64,000 bases of DNA from positions 78,303 to 142,302 of the forward strand of contig CAVWQZ010000007.1 in the NCBI GenBank assembly GCA_963757295.1, in the 5' to 3' direction. Of this stretch, positions 43,732 to 53,943 are shown piece after piece. The notes below the pieces were generated by a model. The model saw nothing but the letters and a program-made list of their open reading frames with translations. It did not search any database and was not told the origin of the DNA. A program made the translations under genes and the position numbers. Numbering within the stretch: the first letter of the stretch is position 1; each line of letters opens with the position of its first letter. Source of the DNA: an uncultured Actinomycetota bacterium. GTDB lineage: Bacteria; Actinomycetota; Actinomycetes; JACCUZ01.

Positions 43732-45246
43732 GTGAGTGAGCAGCCGGCCGACGCAGCGCCGCTTCCGCAGGACGACCTGCCGGAGCAGATGCGCGTACGC
43801 CGGGAGAAGCTGGACCGGCTGCGGGGCAAGGGCGTCGACCCCTACCCGCTCGGGTTCCCCCGGACGACGACCATCGCGGAGCTCCGCTCGGCGTACCCCG
43901 ATCTCGACCCGGACGTCCGCACGGGCGACCGGGTCGGCGTCGTCGGGCGGGTGATGCTCTCCCGCGTGGGCGGCAAGCTCTCGTTCGCGACGCTGCGCGA
44001 CGGCACGGGTGACCTGCAGGTGATGCTGTCGCTGGACGAGCTCGGCGAGGAGAGCCTCACCGCGTGGAAGACCGACGTCGACCTCGGCGACCACGTCGGG
44101 GTCGAGGGCGAGATGGTGACCTCCAAGCGCGGCGAGCTGTCCGTCCTGGTCGACCGCTGGGCGATGACGTCCAAGGCGCTGCGGCCGCTGCCCGACAAGC
44201 ACAAGGGGCTGACCGACCCGGAGGCGCGGGTCCGCCAGCGCTACGTCGACCTGGTGGTCAACGCCGAGTCCCGGGACATGGTGCGGGCGCGGGCCACGGT
44301 CCTGCGCTCCCTGCGCGACACGCTGGAGCGCCGCAGCTACCTCGAGGTGGAGACCCCGCTGCTCCAGCCGCTGCACGGGGGAGCGGCGGCGCGGCCGTTC
44401 CAGACCCACCTCAACGCCTTCGACATGCCGCTCTACCTGCGCATCGCCACCGAGCTCTACCTCAAGCGCCTGGTCGTGGGCGGCATCGAGCGGGTCTACG
44501 AGATCGGCCGGGTCTTCCGCAACGAGGGGGTCGACTCGACGCACAGCCCGGAGTTCACCGAGCTGGAGGCCTACGAGGCCTACGCCGACTACGACGTGAT
44601 GGCCGAGATGACCCGCGACCTGGTCATCGACGCGGCCCGGGCGGTCGGCTCCACCGTCGTCCCGGACGGGCACGGCGGCACGATCGACCTCGAGGCCGAG
44701 TGGGTCCGGCTGCCCATCCACCAGGCCGTCTCCCAGGCCGTCGGCGAGGAGGTCACGGCCGAGACGAGCGCCGAGGTCCTCCGCAAGATCGCCGACCGGC
44801 ACGAGGTGGCGCTGCAGCCCGACTGGGTCGCCGGCGAGATCGTGCTCGAGATCTACGAGAAGCTCGTGGAGCACACCCTGCTCCAGCCGACCTTCGTCAC
44901 CGACTACCCGACCGACGTCCGCCCGCTGGCCCGCGACCACCGCAGCACCCCGGGCCTGGTGGAGGCCTGGGACCTGATCATCGGCGGCGTCGAGCTGGCC
45001 GTGGCCTACTCCGAGCTGGTCGACCCGGTCGAGCAGCGCCGCCGCCTGCTGGAGCAGTCGCTGAAGGCGGCCGGCGGCGACCCGGAGGCCATGCAGCTCG
45101 ACGAGGACTTCCTCCGGGCCCTCGAGTACGGCGCGCCGCCGATGGGCGGCATGGGCCTGGGCGTGGACCGGCTGATCATGCTGCTCACCGGCACGAACAT
45201 CCGCGACACCATCGCGTTCCCGCTGCTCAAGCCCGAGCAGGACTGA
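43732..45246 (+). CDS. lysS: lysine--tRNA ligase (class II)
   Basis: Intact 504-aa ORF. OB-fold N-domain plus class II motifs (…[13 protein letters not shown]…, FRNEG…HSPEFTELE, …[11 protein letters not shown]). Confidence 0.92.
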   Translation: MSEQPADAAPLPQDDLPEQMRVRREKLDRLRGKGVDPYPLGFPRTTTIAELRSAYPDLDPDVRTGDRVGVVGRVMLSRVGGKLSFATLRDGTGDLQVMLSLDELGEESLTAWKTDVDLGDHVGVEGEMVTSKRGELSVLVDRWAMTSKALRPLPDKHKGLTDPEARVRQRYVDLVVNAESRDMVRARATVLRSLRDTLERRSYLEVETPLLQPLHGGAAARPFQTHLNAFDMPLYLRIATELYLKRLVVGGIERVYEIGRVFRNEGVDSTHSPEFTELEAYEAYADYDVMAEMTRDLVIDAARAVGSTVVPDGHGGTIDLEAEWVRLPIHQAVSQAVGEEVTAETSAEVLRKIADRHEVALQPDWVAGEIVLEIYEKLVEHTLLQPTFVTDYPTDVRPLARDHRSTPGLVEAWDLIIGGVELAVAYSELVDPVEQRRRLLEQSLKAAGGDPEAMQLDEDFLRALEYGAPPMGGMGLGVDRLIMLLTGTNIRDTIAFPLLKPEQD

Positions 45247-45389
45247 TGGACGTCCTGGCCGCCCTGTTGCCGCCCGTGGTGGCGGCAGTGGCATTCATCG
45301 CTATTGTGCGGGCCGTAATTCGGCACAACGATCGGGAAAGTGCGGCCGAGTCGGCGGATAGCCGCGGAGATGGCACCGACCGCGAATAG
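45246..45389 (+). CDS. possible 47-aa small membrane protein, translationally coupled to lysS (TGATG)
   Basis: [47 protein letters not shown]. One TM plus an acidic tail. It is the end of the track ORF 44064..45389 frame. No homology evidence is available by eye. Confidence 0.35.
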   Translation: MDVLAALLPPVVAAVAFIAIVRAVIRHNDRESAAESADSRGDGTDRE

Positions 45390-45397
45390 CGGCCGAA

Positions 45398-45426
45398 TTG
45401 CATGTGCCGCATCTGTGCCATAACCT
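45398..45426 (+). promoter_or_regulatory. sigma-A-type promoter candidate for lsr2: TTGCAT-17 nt-TAACCT
   Basis: -35 at 45398-45403 and -10 at 45421-45426 (fits TANNNT). It lies in an AT-richer spacer 43 nt upstream of the lsr2 ATG. Confidence 0.5.
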
Positions 45427-45427
45427 C

Positions 45428-45443
45428 GGGCGCAATTGCGCCC
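45428..45443. promoter_or_regulatory. perfect 16-bp palindrome GGGCGCAATTGCGCCC at the predicted lsr2 transcription start
   Basis: Read directly. It starts 2 nt after the -10 hexamer and lies 25 nt upstream of the lsr2 ATG. It could be an operator or a 5' hairpin. Confidence 0.5.
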
Positions 45444-45468
45444 CGCGACAGATGCTGAGGAAATACCA

Positions 45469-45801
45469 ATGGCGCAGAAAATCACGGTCGTTCTCGAAGA
45501 CGATCTCGACGGCGGTCCCGCGTCGGAGACCGTGCTGTTCTCCCTCGACGGCGTGGCCTACGAGATCGACCTGAACGACGGCAACGCCGCTGGTCTGCGC
45601 GACGCGATGGCCCCGTACGTCGGGGCCGGCCGCCGCACGGGTGGCCGGTCGGCGAGCGGGCGGCACCGGGGACGCGGCCGGGGCCGCAACAGCCGCACCG
45701 CCGAGATCCGCGCCTGGGCCCGGGACAACGGCCACAAGGTGAACGAGCGCGGCCGGGTGCCCGCCGACATTGTCGCCGCCTACGAGAAATCCCGCGCCTG
45801 A
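45469..45801 (+). CDS. lsr2: nucleoid-associated protein Lsr2
   Basis: MAQKITVVLEDDLDGGPASETVLFSLDGVAYEIDLNDGNAAGLRDAMAPYV...RGRGR...AEIRAWARDNGHKVNERGRVPADIVAAYEK. Sits between lysS and clpC as in Rv3597c. Confidence 0.92.
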   Translation: MAQKITVVLEDDLDGGPASETVLFSLDGVAYEIDLNDGNAAGLRDAMAPYVGAGRRTGGRSASGRHRGRGRGRNSRTAEIRAWARDNGHKVNERGRVPADIVAAYEKSRA

Positions 45802-45813
45802 CCCTTTCCCTCT

Positions 45814-45880
45814 CCCCGCCGTTGTGTCCGAACAACCGTGCGGGTACCGCCGCGGGCCACTTCGGACACAAGCGGCGGGG
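45814..45880. terminator. 19/20-nt inverted repeat (CCCCGCCGTTGTGTCCGAA ... TTCGGACACAAGCGGCGGGG) between convergent lsr2 and the SDR gene
   Basis: Arms 45814-45832 and 45861-45880, with one bulged G and a 28-nt GC-rich spacer that can itself pair. Confidence 0.5.
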
Positions 45881-45899
45881 AATGGATGCGAATCGTCCT

Positions 45900-46558
45900 T
45901 TAGCGGCTGAGGACGAACTCGGGCTCCCATTCGGCGCGGCCCTGCCGGTGCAGGCGCCAATAGTGCTCGGCGATGAGTTCGGGGTCGAAGGCGGTGCCGA
46001 CTTTGAGCATTCCCCGGATTGTCACCGTCGTGACGTGCACGCCGTCCGGGCCGAGCTCGCCGGCAGTCGAATAGGCGAGGTTGCGCAGGCCCGCCTTGGC
46101 CACCCCGAGCCCGGCCGCTCCCACCGACGGCTTGATCGCCGCCTCGCTGCCCGTGAGCAGGATCGTCCCGTGCCCTGCGGCCCGCATGGCCGGCGCCACC
46201 TCCTGGATGGACACCAGGGCCCCGGCGACGCCCACGAGCAGGCCGTGCACGAACGCGTCGAGGCCGACGGTGGTGGGCCGGCCCTCGACGTACTCCGAGC
46301 CGTTGTAGACCAGCACGCTCGGATCGCCCAGCTCCCGCCGTACGTCGTCGAAACCGGCCCGCAGGGACGCCTCGTCCGCGACATCCGCGGCAACGGCGCA
46401 GACCCGGACGCCGAGGGCCCGCAGCTCCCGGCCAGCGGCTCCAGGCGCTCGGCCGAGCGGGCCAGGAGCGCGATGTCGCTGCCCTCGCGGGCGAAGCGCA
46501 GCGCGATCGAGCGGCCCAGACCCGGCCCAGCGGCGACAACGGCGACGGTCTCGGTCAT
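45900..46558 (-). CDS. SDR family NAD(P)-dependent oxidoreductase; frame break near 46430
   Basis: MTETVAVVAAGPGLGRSIALRFAREGSDIALLARSAERLEPLAG | ELRALGVRVCAVAADV...VLVYNGSEY... then ORF 45900..46316 (…GTILLTGSEAAIKP…AGLGVAKAGLRNLA…). Confidence 0.8.
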
Positions 46559-46787
46559 CGGGTGAAGATTACGCAACGGTCCGGATCCTCACCCGTTCGG
46601 CGCGCGTTCGCTCCCGGCGTAGGGGTAGCGGAACAGGGTGAAGTCCCCAGGGGTTGGAACCGATGCACAACCCAACGATCGAGACGTGTTCGAGACAAGA
46701 GAGTCCGCGTGCGGGGCTAGCATGCGGAGGACAGTTGGTGGGGCGTCCACCAGCTGGCCGACCGCTCTCTCCCAAGGAGCGACATAG

Positions 46788-49292
46788 ATGTTCGAGAGAT
46801 TCACAGACCGCGCACGGCGGGTGGTCGTCCTGGCCCAAGAAGAGGCCCGGATGCTCAACCACAACTACATCGGCACCGAGCACATCCTGCTCGGGCTGAT
46901 CCACGAGGGCGAGGGCGTCGCCGCCAAGGCGCTGGAGTCGCTCGGCATCTCGCTGGAGGCTGTGCGCTCGCAGGTGGAAGAGATCATCGGGCAGGGCCAG
47001 CAGGCGCCGTCCGGGCACATCCCCTTCACCCCCCGGGCCAAGAAGGTGCTGGAGCTGTCGCTGCGCGAGGCGCTGCAGCTGGGCCACAACTACATCGGCA
47101 CCGAGCACATCCTGCTCGGGCTCATCCGCGAGGGCGAGGGCGTCGCCGCCCAGGTCCTGGTCAAGCTCGGCGCCGACCTCAACCGGGTCCGCCAGCAGGT
47201 CATCCAGCTGCTCTCCGGCTACCAGGGCAAGGAGACCGCCACCGCCGGCGGTCCCGCCGAGGGCGCCCCCTCGACGTCGCTGGTGCTCGACCAGTTCGGC
47301 CGCAACCTCACCCAGGCCGCCCGCGAGGGCAAGCTCGACCCGGTCATCGGGCGCGAGAAGGAGATCGAGCGGGTCATGCAGGTGCTGTCCCGCCGCACCA
47401 AGAACAACCCGGTGCTGATCGGCGAGCCCGGCGTCGGCAAGACCGCCGTCGTCGAGGGCCTGGCCCAGGCGATCATCAAGGGCGAGGTGCCCGAGACCCT
47501 CAAGGACAAGCAGCTCTACACCCTCGACCTCGGCGCGCTGGTTGCCGGCAGCCGCTACCGCGGTGACTTCGAGGAGCGGCTGAAGAAGGTCCTCAAGGAG
47601 ATCCGCACCCGCGGCGACATCATCCTGTTCATCGACGAGCTGCACACGCTGGTCGGTGCCGGTGCCGCCGAGGGCGCGATCGACGCGGCCTCGATCCTCA
47701 AGCCGATGCTGGCCCGTGGTGAGCTGCAGACCATCGGCGCGACGACCCTCGACGAGTACCGCAAGCACCTCGAGAAGGACGCCGCGCTGGAGCGCCGTTT
47801 CCAGCCGATCCAGGTGGCCGAGCCGACGCTCGCCCACACGATCGAGATCCTCAAGGGCCTGCGCGACCGCTACGAAGCGCACCACCGGGTGTCCATCACC
47901 GACAGCGCGCTGGTCGCCGCGGCCACCCTGGCCGACCGCTACATCTCCGACCGGTTCCTGCCCGACAAGGCGATCGACCTCATCGACGAGGCCGGCTCGC
48001 GGATGCGCATCCGCCGGATGACCGCACCGCCCGACCTGCGCGAGTTCGACGAGCGCATCGCCAACGTGCGTCGCGAGAAGGAGTCGGCGATCGACGCGCA
48101 GGACTTCGAGAAGGCCGCGTCACTGCGCGACCGCGAGAAGACCCTGCTCGGCGAGAAGGCGACGCGCGAGCGGGAGTGGAAGGCCGGCGACATGGACGTC
48201 GTCGCCGAGGTCGACGAGGAGCTGATCGCTGAGGTCCTCGCCACCGCCACCGGCATCCCGGTCTTCAAGCTGACCGAGGAGGAGTCCCAGCGGCTGCTGC
48301 GGATGGAAGACGAGCTGCACAAGCGCGTCATCGGTCAGCAGCAGGCGATCAAGGCTCTCTCGCAGGCCATCCGGCGCACCCGGGCCGGCCTGAAGGACCC
48401 GAAGCGCCCCGGTGGCTCGTTCATCTTCGCCGGCCCGTCCGGCGTCGGAAAGACCGAGCTGTCCAAGACGCTCGCCGAGTTCCTGTTCGGCGACGAAGAC
48501 TCGCTGATCCAGCTCGACATGTCGGAGTTCTCCGAGAAGCACACCGTGTCGCGGCTGTTCGGCTCGCCTCCCGGCTACGTCGGCTACGAAGAGGGCGGGC
48601 AGCTCACCGAGAAGGTGCGGCGCAAGCCGTTCTCGGTCGTGCTCTTCGACGAGGTCGAGAAGGCGCACCCCGACATCTTCAACTCGCTGCTGCAGATCCT
48701 GGAAGACGGTCGGCTGACCGACTCCCAGGGCCGGGTCGTCGACTTCAAGAACACCGTCATCATCATGACGACCAACCTCGGCACCCGCGACATCTCCAAG
48801 GGCTTCAACCTCGGGTTCTCGGCCGCGGGCGACAGCCACACCGGCTACGAGCGGATGAAGAACAAGGTTCAGGACGAGCTCAAGCAGCACTTCCGGCCCG
48901 AGTTCCTCAACCGCATCGACGACATCGTGGTCTTCCACCAGCTCTCGCCGGAGGAGATCGTCAACATCGTCGACCTGATGCTGGCCAAGCTCGACGAGCG
49001 CCTGCACGACAAGGACATGGGCCTCGAGCTCACGGTGGCGGCCAAGGAGCTGCTCGCCAAGAAGGGCTACGACCCCGTCCTGGGCGCCCGGCCGCTGCGC
49101 CGCACGATCCAGCGCGAGATCGAGGACGTGCTCTCCGAGAAGATCCTCTTCGGCGAGATCCGCCCCGGTCAGATCGTGGTGGTCGACGCCACCGGCGAGG
49201 GCGACGAGGCGGCCTTCACCTTCGTGGGTGAGGACAAGACCGCGCTGCCGGACACCCCGCCGGTCGAGGTGGCCGGACAGCAGGAGAGCTAA
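46788..49292 (+). CDS. clpC: ATP-dependent Clp protease ATP-binding subunit ClpC1
   Basis: Intact 834-aa ORF. Two N-terminal Clp repeats, Walker A GEPGVGKT and [11 protein letters not shown]-like linker. RBS AAGGAG. A leader of about 210 nt precedes it. Confidence 0.95.
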   Translation: MFERFTDRARRVVVLAQEEARMLNHNYIGTEHILLGLIHEGEGVAAKALESLGISLEAVRSQVEEIIGQGQQAPSGHIPFTPRAKKVLELSLREALQLGHNYIGTEHILLGLIREGEGVAAQVLVKLGADLNRVRQQVIQLLSGYQGKETATAGGPAEGAPSTSLVLDQFGRNLTQAAREGKLDPVIGREKEIERVMQVLSRRTKNNPVLIGEPGVGKTAVVEGLAQAIIKGEVPETLKDKQLYTLDLGALVAGSRYRGDFEERLKKVLKEIRTRGDIILFIDELHTLVGAGAAEGAIDAASILKPMLARGELQTIGATTLDEYRKHLEKDAALERRFQPIQVAEPTLAHTIEILKGLRDRYEAHHRVSITDSALVAAATLADRYISDRFLPDKAIDLIDEAGSRMRIRRMTAPPDLREFDERIANVRREKESAIDAQDFEKAASLRDREKTLLGEKATREREWKAGDMDVVAEVDEELIAEVLATATGIPVFKLTEEESQRLLRMEDELHKRVIGQQQAIKALSQAIRRTRAGLKDPKRPGGSFIFAGPSGVGKTELSKTLAEFLFGDEDSLIQLDMSEFSEKHTVSRLFGSPPGYVGYEEGGQLTEKVRRKPFSVVLFDEVEKAHPDIFNSLLQILEDGRLTDSQGRVVDFKNTVIIMTTNLGTRDISKGFNLGFSAAGDSHTGYERMKNKVQDELKQHFRPEFLNRIDDIVVFHQLSPEEIVNIVDLMLAKLDERLHDKDMGLELTVAAKELLAKKGYDPVLGARPLRRTIQREIEDVLSEKILFGEIRPGQIVVVDATGEGDEAAFTFVGEDKTALPDTPPVEVAGQQES

Positions 49293-49310
49293 GCCCGTAC
49301 GACGAGCAGA

Positions 49311-49343
49311 GGGCCCGGCCGGAGAGTCTCTCCGGCCGGGCCC
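49311..49343. terminator. bidirectional hairpin GGGCCCGGCCGGAGAG-t-CTCTCCGGCCGGGCCC
   Basis: 16-nt perfectly complementary arms (49311-49326 and 49328-43), 19 nt after the clpC stop and before the convergent globin-like gene end. Confidence 0.75.
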
Positions 49344-49372
49344 TTCGCATGGCGACCTGGGGCTCAGCCTTG

Positions 49373-49814
49373 CTAACCCTTCCCAGGACCAATGCGGGAT
49401 GCTCAGGCCGTCGGGGACGTCGTCAGCAGAGGCTGGGTAGCGCGCCATGGTTGTCGTGGTGGCCCATGCGAAGTAGTTGTGCAGCACCTGCCGGAGCGGC
49501 TCATGTGCTGACAACCCGGTGTCCTCCAGGGCCTGGTCGAAGCAGGCGATGGCCCGTTCGTCCATCTCGTCGTGCTCGCCGTTGCCACTGTGGGTCCGCA
49601 CCACCGACGTCTCGTCCCCGTAGGTGTCGGAATACGTCGTGGGTCCCCCGAGAGCCTCGGCCCAGTAGGCGGCGAGCCGCTCGGTGTGCTGGGGGTGAAA
49701 TCCGTGACTGAACGCGTGGCTGACCACCTCGTCGGCCATGACCCGGGAATGCCACGCCTCGGCCAGGCGGACCATGCCCTCGTCGCCCCCGGCGGCCTCG
49801 TACACGCTGTGCAC
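49373..49814 (-). CDS. globin-fold (truncated-hemoglobin-like) protein; the 3' end reads through as sequenced
   Basis: First ~147 aa of track ORF 48120..49814: MHSVYEAAGGDEGMVRLAEAWHSRVMADEVVSHAFSHGFHPQHTERLAAYWAEALGGPTTYS.... The frame continues through the terminator antisense to clpC. A TAG (49373-49375) is available after a 1-nt slip. Confidence 0.65.
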
Positions 49815-49872
49815 TCCGCCAGGATGCCAGTCTGGAATGCCGCGTGCGGCAGCCAGACCCTAGGTTGGACCG

Positions 49873-50450
49873 GTGGCAGAAGACGGCTCGCCTGCGCAAC
49901 GCCTGACCTACCTGCTGGTCGATGGCGAGAACATCGACGCCACGCTCGGGGGAAACGTCCTGAGTCGGCGCCCCAACCCGGACGAGCGTCCGCGCTGGGA
50001 CCGCGTGCTCGAGTTCGCCGGCGACGTCTGGAACCAGCCGGCCAAGGGTCTGTTCTTCCTCAACGCCAGCGCCGGTCACTTGCCGATGACCTTCGTCCAG
50101 GCACTGATGGCGATGCAGTACCGGCCCATTCCGCTGGCCGGCCCGGCCGGGCAGAAGGTCGTGGACATCGGCATCCAGCGGACGATGGACGCATTGGCAT
50201 CGCGGCCAGGCGACGTCCTGCTGGCGAGCCACGACGGCGACTTCGCTCCGCAGATCACCCGCTTGTGCAAGGACGGTCGTCGGGTCGGCCTCGTCGGTTT
50301 CCGCGAGTTCATGAACCTGCAGTTCTCCGACTGGCGGCCGACGGGCTGGAGTTCTTCGACCTCGAGGGCGACGTCGGAGCCTTCAACGTCGCGCTGCCAC
50401 GGGTTCGCGTCATCTCCATCGAGGACTTCGACCCGGTGGCTTTCCTCTAG
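49873..50450 (+). CDS. NYN/LabA-like domain protein; frame break near 50335
   Basis: GTG 49873. LLVDGENIDATLGG...LASHDGDFAPQITRLCKDGRRVGLVGFREFMNLQFSD | LAADGLEFFDLEGDVGAFNVALPRVRVISIEDFDPVAFL (ORFs 49873..50778 plus the end of the 49572..50450 frame). Confidence 0.7.
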
Positions 50451-51345
50451 CTCAGGCTCAGCGCGGCAGCTGGAAGGCGCTCGGCCCCGGTCGGTTCGAC
50501 CAGGCCGTCCTCGACGAGGCCGGCGAGAGCGCGGTCGCGCTGCACGTCGTCGTCCCACACCGCGTCGAGTGCGGCCGATGTCACGGCACCCTCCGCCTCG
50601 CGCAGCACGGCGAGCAGCCGACCGCGGACCTGCCGGTCGGTGCCGGCGTACCGCTGGCCCGGCCGGCGGCTGTCCGGCTCGGGCCGCCCGCCGGTGCGCC
50701 ACGCACACGTCGTCGCAAGGGGGCAGTCCGCGCAGCGCGGCGCCCGCGCGGTGCAGACGAGCGCGCCGAGCTCCATGACCGCGACGCGCCCAGACGGCGG
50801 CGACCTCGGGCGCCTCGGGCAGCAGGTCCTCCGCGAGCCGACGCTCACCGGCCGTCAGGGTCGGCGCCGGCAGCGCCCGACCGGACACGGCGCGCGCCAG
50901 CACCCGCCGTACGTTCGTGTCCAGCACGGCATGCCGAGCGCCGAACGCGAACGACGCGACGGCCGCAGCGGTGTAGGAACCGACGCCGGGCAGGGCAAGG
51001 AGGTCGTCGTACGACGTGGGCACCTCGCCTGCGTGCTCGTCGACGATCGCCCGCGCCGCCTCGTGCAGGCGCAGCGCCCGCCGCGGGTAGCCCAGCCGGC
51101 CCCACGCCCGCACCGCCTCGCCCGGCGGGTCCGCCGCCAGCGCGGCGGGCGTCGGCCAGCGCTGCAGCCAGTCGAGATAGGCGGGCAGGACCCGGGCGAC
51201 CGGGGTCTGCTGCAGCATGATCTCGCTGACCAGCACCCCCCACGGCGGCGTGCCCGGGACGCCGCCAGGGCAGGTCGCGAGCGTGGCCGGCGTACCAGTC
51301 GAGGACCGGCGCGTGCAGCGGGGACGACGTCATGACGACGGTCAT
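50447..51345 (-). CDS. mutY: A/G-specific adenine DNA glycosylase; frame breaks near 51250 and 50775
   Basis: M(TVVM)TSSPLHAPVLDWYAGHARDLPWRRPG | VLVSEIMLQQTPVARV...LPGVGSYTAAAVASFAFG...DTNVRRVLAR | VMELGALVCTARAPRCADCPLATTC (4Fe-4S) ...; stitched from ORFs 50845..52203, 50076..51236 and 50447..50848. Confidence 0.85.
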
Positions 51346-51460
51346 TGTGCCAAGGGGTCCGCAGCGCCCGCTTTGCCTCAAGTTGCCCCCCGGAACTGAC
51401 GACGGAATCCAGACGGCGGCACCCAGGCCACGCGCGTCCCAACAGCCTTTGCGAGGTGAC

Positions 51461-52564
51461 GTGTCCACGCTCAGCCAGCAACCCGGCACGGTCGCGCCCG
51501 CCCTGGTCGTGGTGGTCGTGGCGGACAGCGCCGTGCGCGCCCGGCACCTGCGCAGGTTGCTCTCCGGGCCGGGTTTCGTGGTCGCCTCCGAGGCCTGCAC
51601 CGCTGACGACGCCGAGGCGGCTGTCGTGCGGCACAGCCCCGACGTCGTCCTGCTCGACCTCGACCCGGAGTCGGGTGGCATCGAGGCCATCGAGCGGATC
51701 ATGGGAACGCTGCCGACGCCGATCGTGGTGTGCGGCGACGCCGCACTGCACGCCCGCGAAGCCCTGGCCGCTGGCGCGGTCGACGTCGTCGGGGCCCTGG
51801 ACGCGCTGCCCAGCTCACCGCAGTACGTGACCTCCCTTCGCCGCCACCTCAAGGTCGCCAGCCGGGTGCGCGTCATCACCCATCCGCGCAACCGGCTGCG
51901 GACCCAGGGCGTGCCGACCCGACCAGCCGGTGAGCAGGCCGGCTCGGCGGTCGCCGACGAAGGCGTGCGCCTGGTCGTCATCGGTGCCTCGACCGGCGGG
52001 CCGCCGGCTCTCGCGATGATCCTGGGCGAGCTTCCCGGTGACCTGCGTGTCCCGGTGCTCGTGGTCCAGCACATGGCGGACGGCTTCGTCGAGAGCCTGG
52101 CCAGCTGGCTGGACGGACTGTCCCGCCTGCCGGTCGTCATGGCGCAGGACGGCCAGTGCCTGGAGGCGGGCAACGTGTACGTCGCGCCGGCCGGCAAGAA
52201 CACGCTGCTCCGTGGCGGTCTGCGGGTGGAGCTGCGCGACCCGCCGTCCGGTCAGTTCCACGTGCCCGGGGTCGACGCGACCTTCGCGAGCGCCGCCGAG
52301 ATCTGCCGGGACCGTGCCGTCGGCGTGCTGCTGACCGGCATGGGCCGCGACGGCGCCGACGGCCTGCGCCGCATGCACCGAGCCGGTGCCCACACGATCG
52401 GCCAGGACGAGCCCACCAGCGTGGTGTGGGGCATGCCCGCCGCCGCGCAGGCGCTGGGCGCGGTCGAGCAGGAGCTCGCCCTGGCCGACATCGCCGGCGC
52501 CATCGTCGAGGCCGTTCGCGGCCGATCCAAGGCAACAGTTGAGCAAGGACCCGTTTCATGCTGA
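51461..52564 (+). CDS. cheB: chemotaxis-type response-regulator protein-glutamate methylesterase
   Basis: ORF 51332..52564, with the likely start GTG 51461. Receiver domain (VVVVADS..., DVVLLDLDPESGG). Esterase motifs GASTGGPPAL, VVQHMADGF, LTGMGRDGADG. Confidence 0.85.
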   Translation: MSTLSQQPGTVAPALVVVVVADSAVRARHLRRLLSGPGFVVASEACTADDAEAAVVRHSPDVVLLDLDPESGGIEAIERIMGTLPTPIVVCGDAALHAREALAAGAVDVVGALDALPSSPQYVTSLRRHLKVASRVRVITHPRNRLRTQGVPTRPAGEQAGSAVADEGVRLVVIGASTGGPPALAMILGELPGDLRVPVLVVQHMADGFVESLASWLDGLSRLPVVMAQDGQCLEAGNVYVAPAGKNTLLRGGLRVELRDPPSGQFHVPGVDATFASAAEICRDRAVGVLLTGMGRDGADGLRRMHRAGAHTIGQDEPTSVVWGMPAAAQALGAVEQELALADIAGAIVEAVRGRSKATVEQGPVSC

Positions 52565-53943
52565 CCGACCTCGACTTCGAGACCATCCGCGACTACCTCG
52601 CCACCGGGGCCGGTCTGGTCTTCGACGACAGTCGACGGGCCGGGCTGTCTGCCGTCGTGCTCGAGCGCATGCACGCCACCAGCACGGTCTCGGTGGATGC
52701 GTACCTGCGTCTCGTCGACGGCCCGAAGGGTGAGGAAGAGCGCCAGCGGCTGCTCGACGCGGTCACCGTGCAGGAGACCTACTTCTTCCGCAACCCGCCG
52801 CAGATGGAGGCGTTGCGCCGGCGCATCCTGCCCGAGCTGCTGCGGCGGTCTGCCGGCCGGGACCGGCCGTTGACGATCTGGAGCGCGGGCTGCTCGACCG
52901 GCGAGGAGCCCTACACCCTCGCGATGCTGCTGCTCGAGCTCTCGCCGATGCTCGGCATCCACTCCGAGACCCGCATCGTCGGGACCGACGTGTCAGCGCA
53001 GGCGCTGGACTCGGCGCGCCGCGGCGTCTACACCGGCCGCGCGGTCGAGACGGCCCCGTCGATGCTGCGTGACCGCTGGTTCGAGCGGACTGCAGGCGGG
53101 GCGCTGGCGGTGCGCGACGAGGTGCGCCGGCTGGTCGACCTGCGCCTGCACAACCTGGTGGCCGAACCGCCGCCGTTCGGGCCGGGCGAGGTCGACCTCA
53201 TCGTCTGCCGCAACGTCACCATCTACTTCGCCCGCGACACGACCCGCAACCTGGTCGGGGGCTTCCACGACGTACTGGCCGAGGGTGGCTACCTGCTGCT
53301 GGGGCACTCCGAGACGCTCTGGCAGGTCAGTGACGCGTTCACGCTGGTGCCGGTCGGCGACGCGTTCGTCTACCGGCGTTCGCACGATGCGCGCGTGGCG
53401 ATGGGGCCGACCGCGCCGGTCCTGCGTCCGGTCCGCCTCCGCCGGCCGAAGATGCTGCCGAAGCCGATCGCGCGACTCGTCTCCGCGTCGGCGCCCGCGC
53501 CACTGACAGACCTGGAAGCGGCGCGAGCGGCGCTGGCCACGGGCGCGTACGCCGAGGCGGTGCAGGCAGCGGAGGCTGCCGTGGCCGCCGACCCGCTCAG
53601 CACCGAGGGCTATGTCGTGCTCGGCCACGCGCTGTCCACCCTGGGCCGTGACGGCGACGCACTGGTGCCCCTGCGCAAGGCCGTCTACCTGGACCCCGAC
53701 GCCGGTCACGCCCACTTCATGCTCGCCAGCTCGCTCGCCCGGCTGGGGCAGCACGGCGCGGCCGCCATCTCCTACCGGGCGGCTGCGGCGTCGCTGGACC
53801 TGGTCGAACCCGCCAGCGTCGCCGCGATGCTGGACGGGCGTGACGTCACCGACCTGGTTCACCTGTGCCAGCGACTTGCCGACATCTCAGAGGACATGGA
53901 GCTCGGCGAGCAGCGGTTGGCGGAGGGACGGAGGGGAGCATGA
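52558..53943 (+). CDS. cheR: CheR-type protein-glutamate O-methyltransferase with a C-terminal TPR-like extension
   Basis: Intact 461-aa ORF overlapping the cheB end by 7 nt. ETYFFRNPPQ, IWSAGCSTGEEPYTLAML, DLIVCRNVTIYF. The C-terminal ~150 aa are Ala-rich TPR-like repeats. Confidence 0.88.
   Translation: MLTDLDFETIRDYLATGAGLVFDDSRRAGLSAVVLERMHATSTVSVDAYLRLVDGPKGEEERQRLLDAVTVQETYFFRNPPQMEALRRRILPELLRRSAGRDRPLTIWSAGCSTGEEPYTLAMLLLELSPMLGIHSETRIVGTDVSAQALDSARRGVYTGRAVETAPSMLRDRWFERTAGGALAVRDEVRRLVDLRLHNLVAEPPPFGPGEVDLIVCRNVTIYFARDTTRNLVGGFHDVLAEGGYLLLGHSETLWQVSDAFTLVPVGDAFVYRRSHDARVAMGPTAPVLRPVRLRRPKMLPKPIARLVSASAPAPLTDLEAARAALATGAYAEAVQAAEAAVAADPLSTEGYVVLGHALSTLGRDGDALVPLRKAVYLDPDAGHAHFMLASSLARLGQHGAAAISYRAAAASLDLVEPASVAAMLDGRDVTDLVHLCQRLADISEDMELGEQRLAEGRRGA

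Noticed and set aside
46609-46619. CGC-TCCCG-GCG in the clpC leader as a ClgR operator.
   Set aside because: Only the generic CGC-N5-GCG core matches; the flanking W/S positions and the central A do not. In this GC content such a core is expected by chance.
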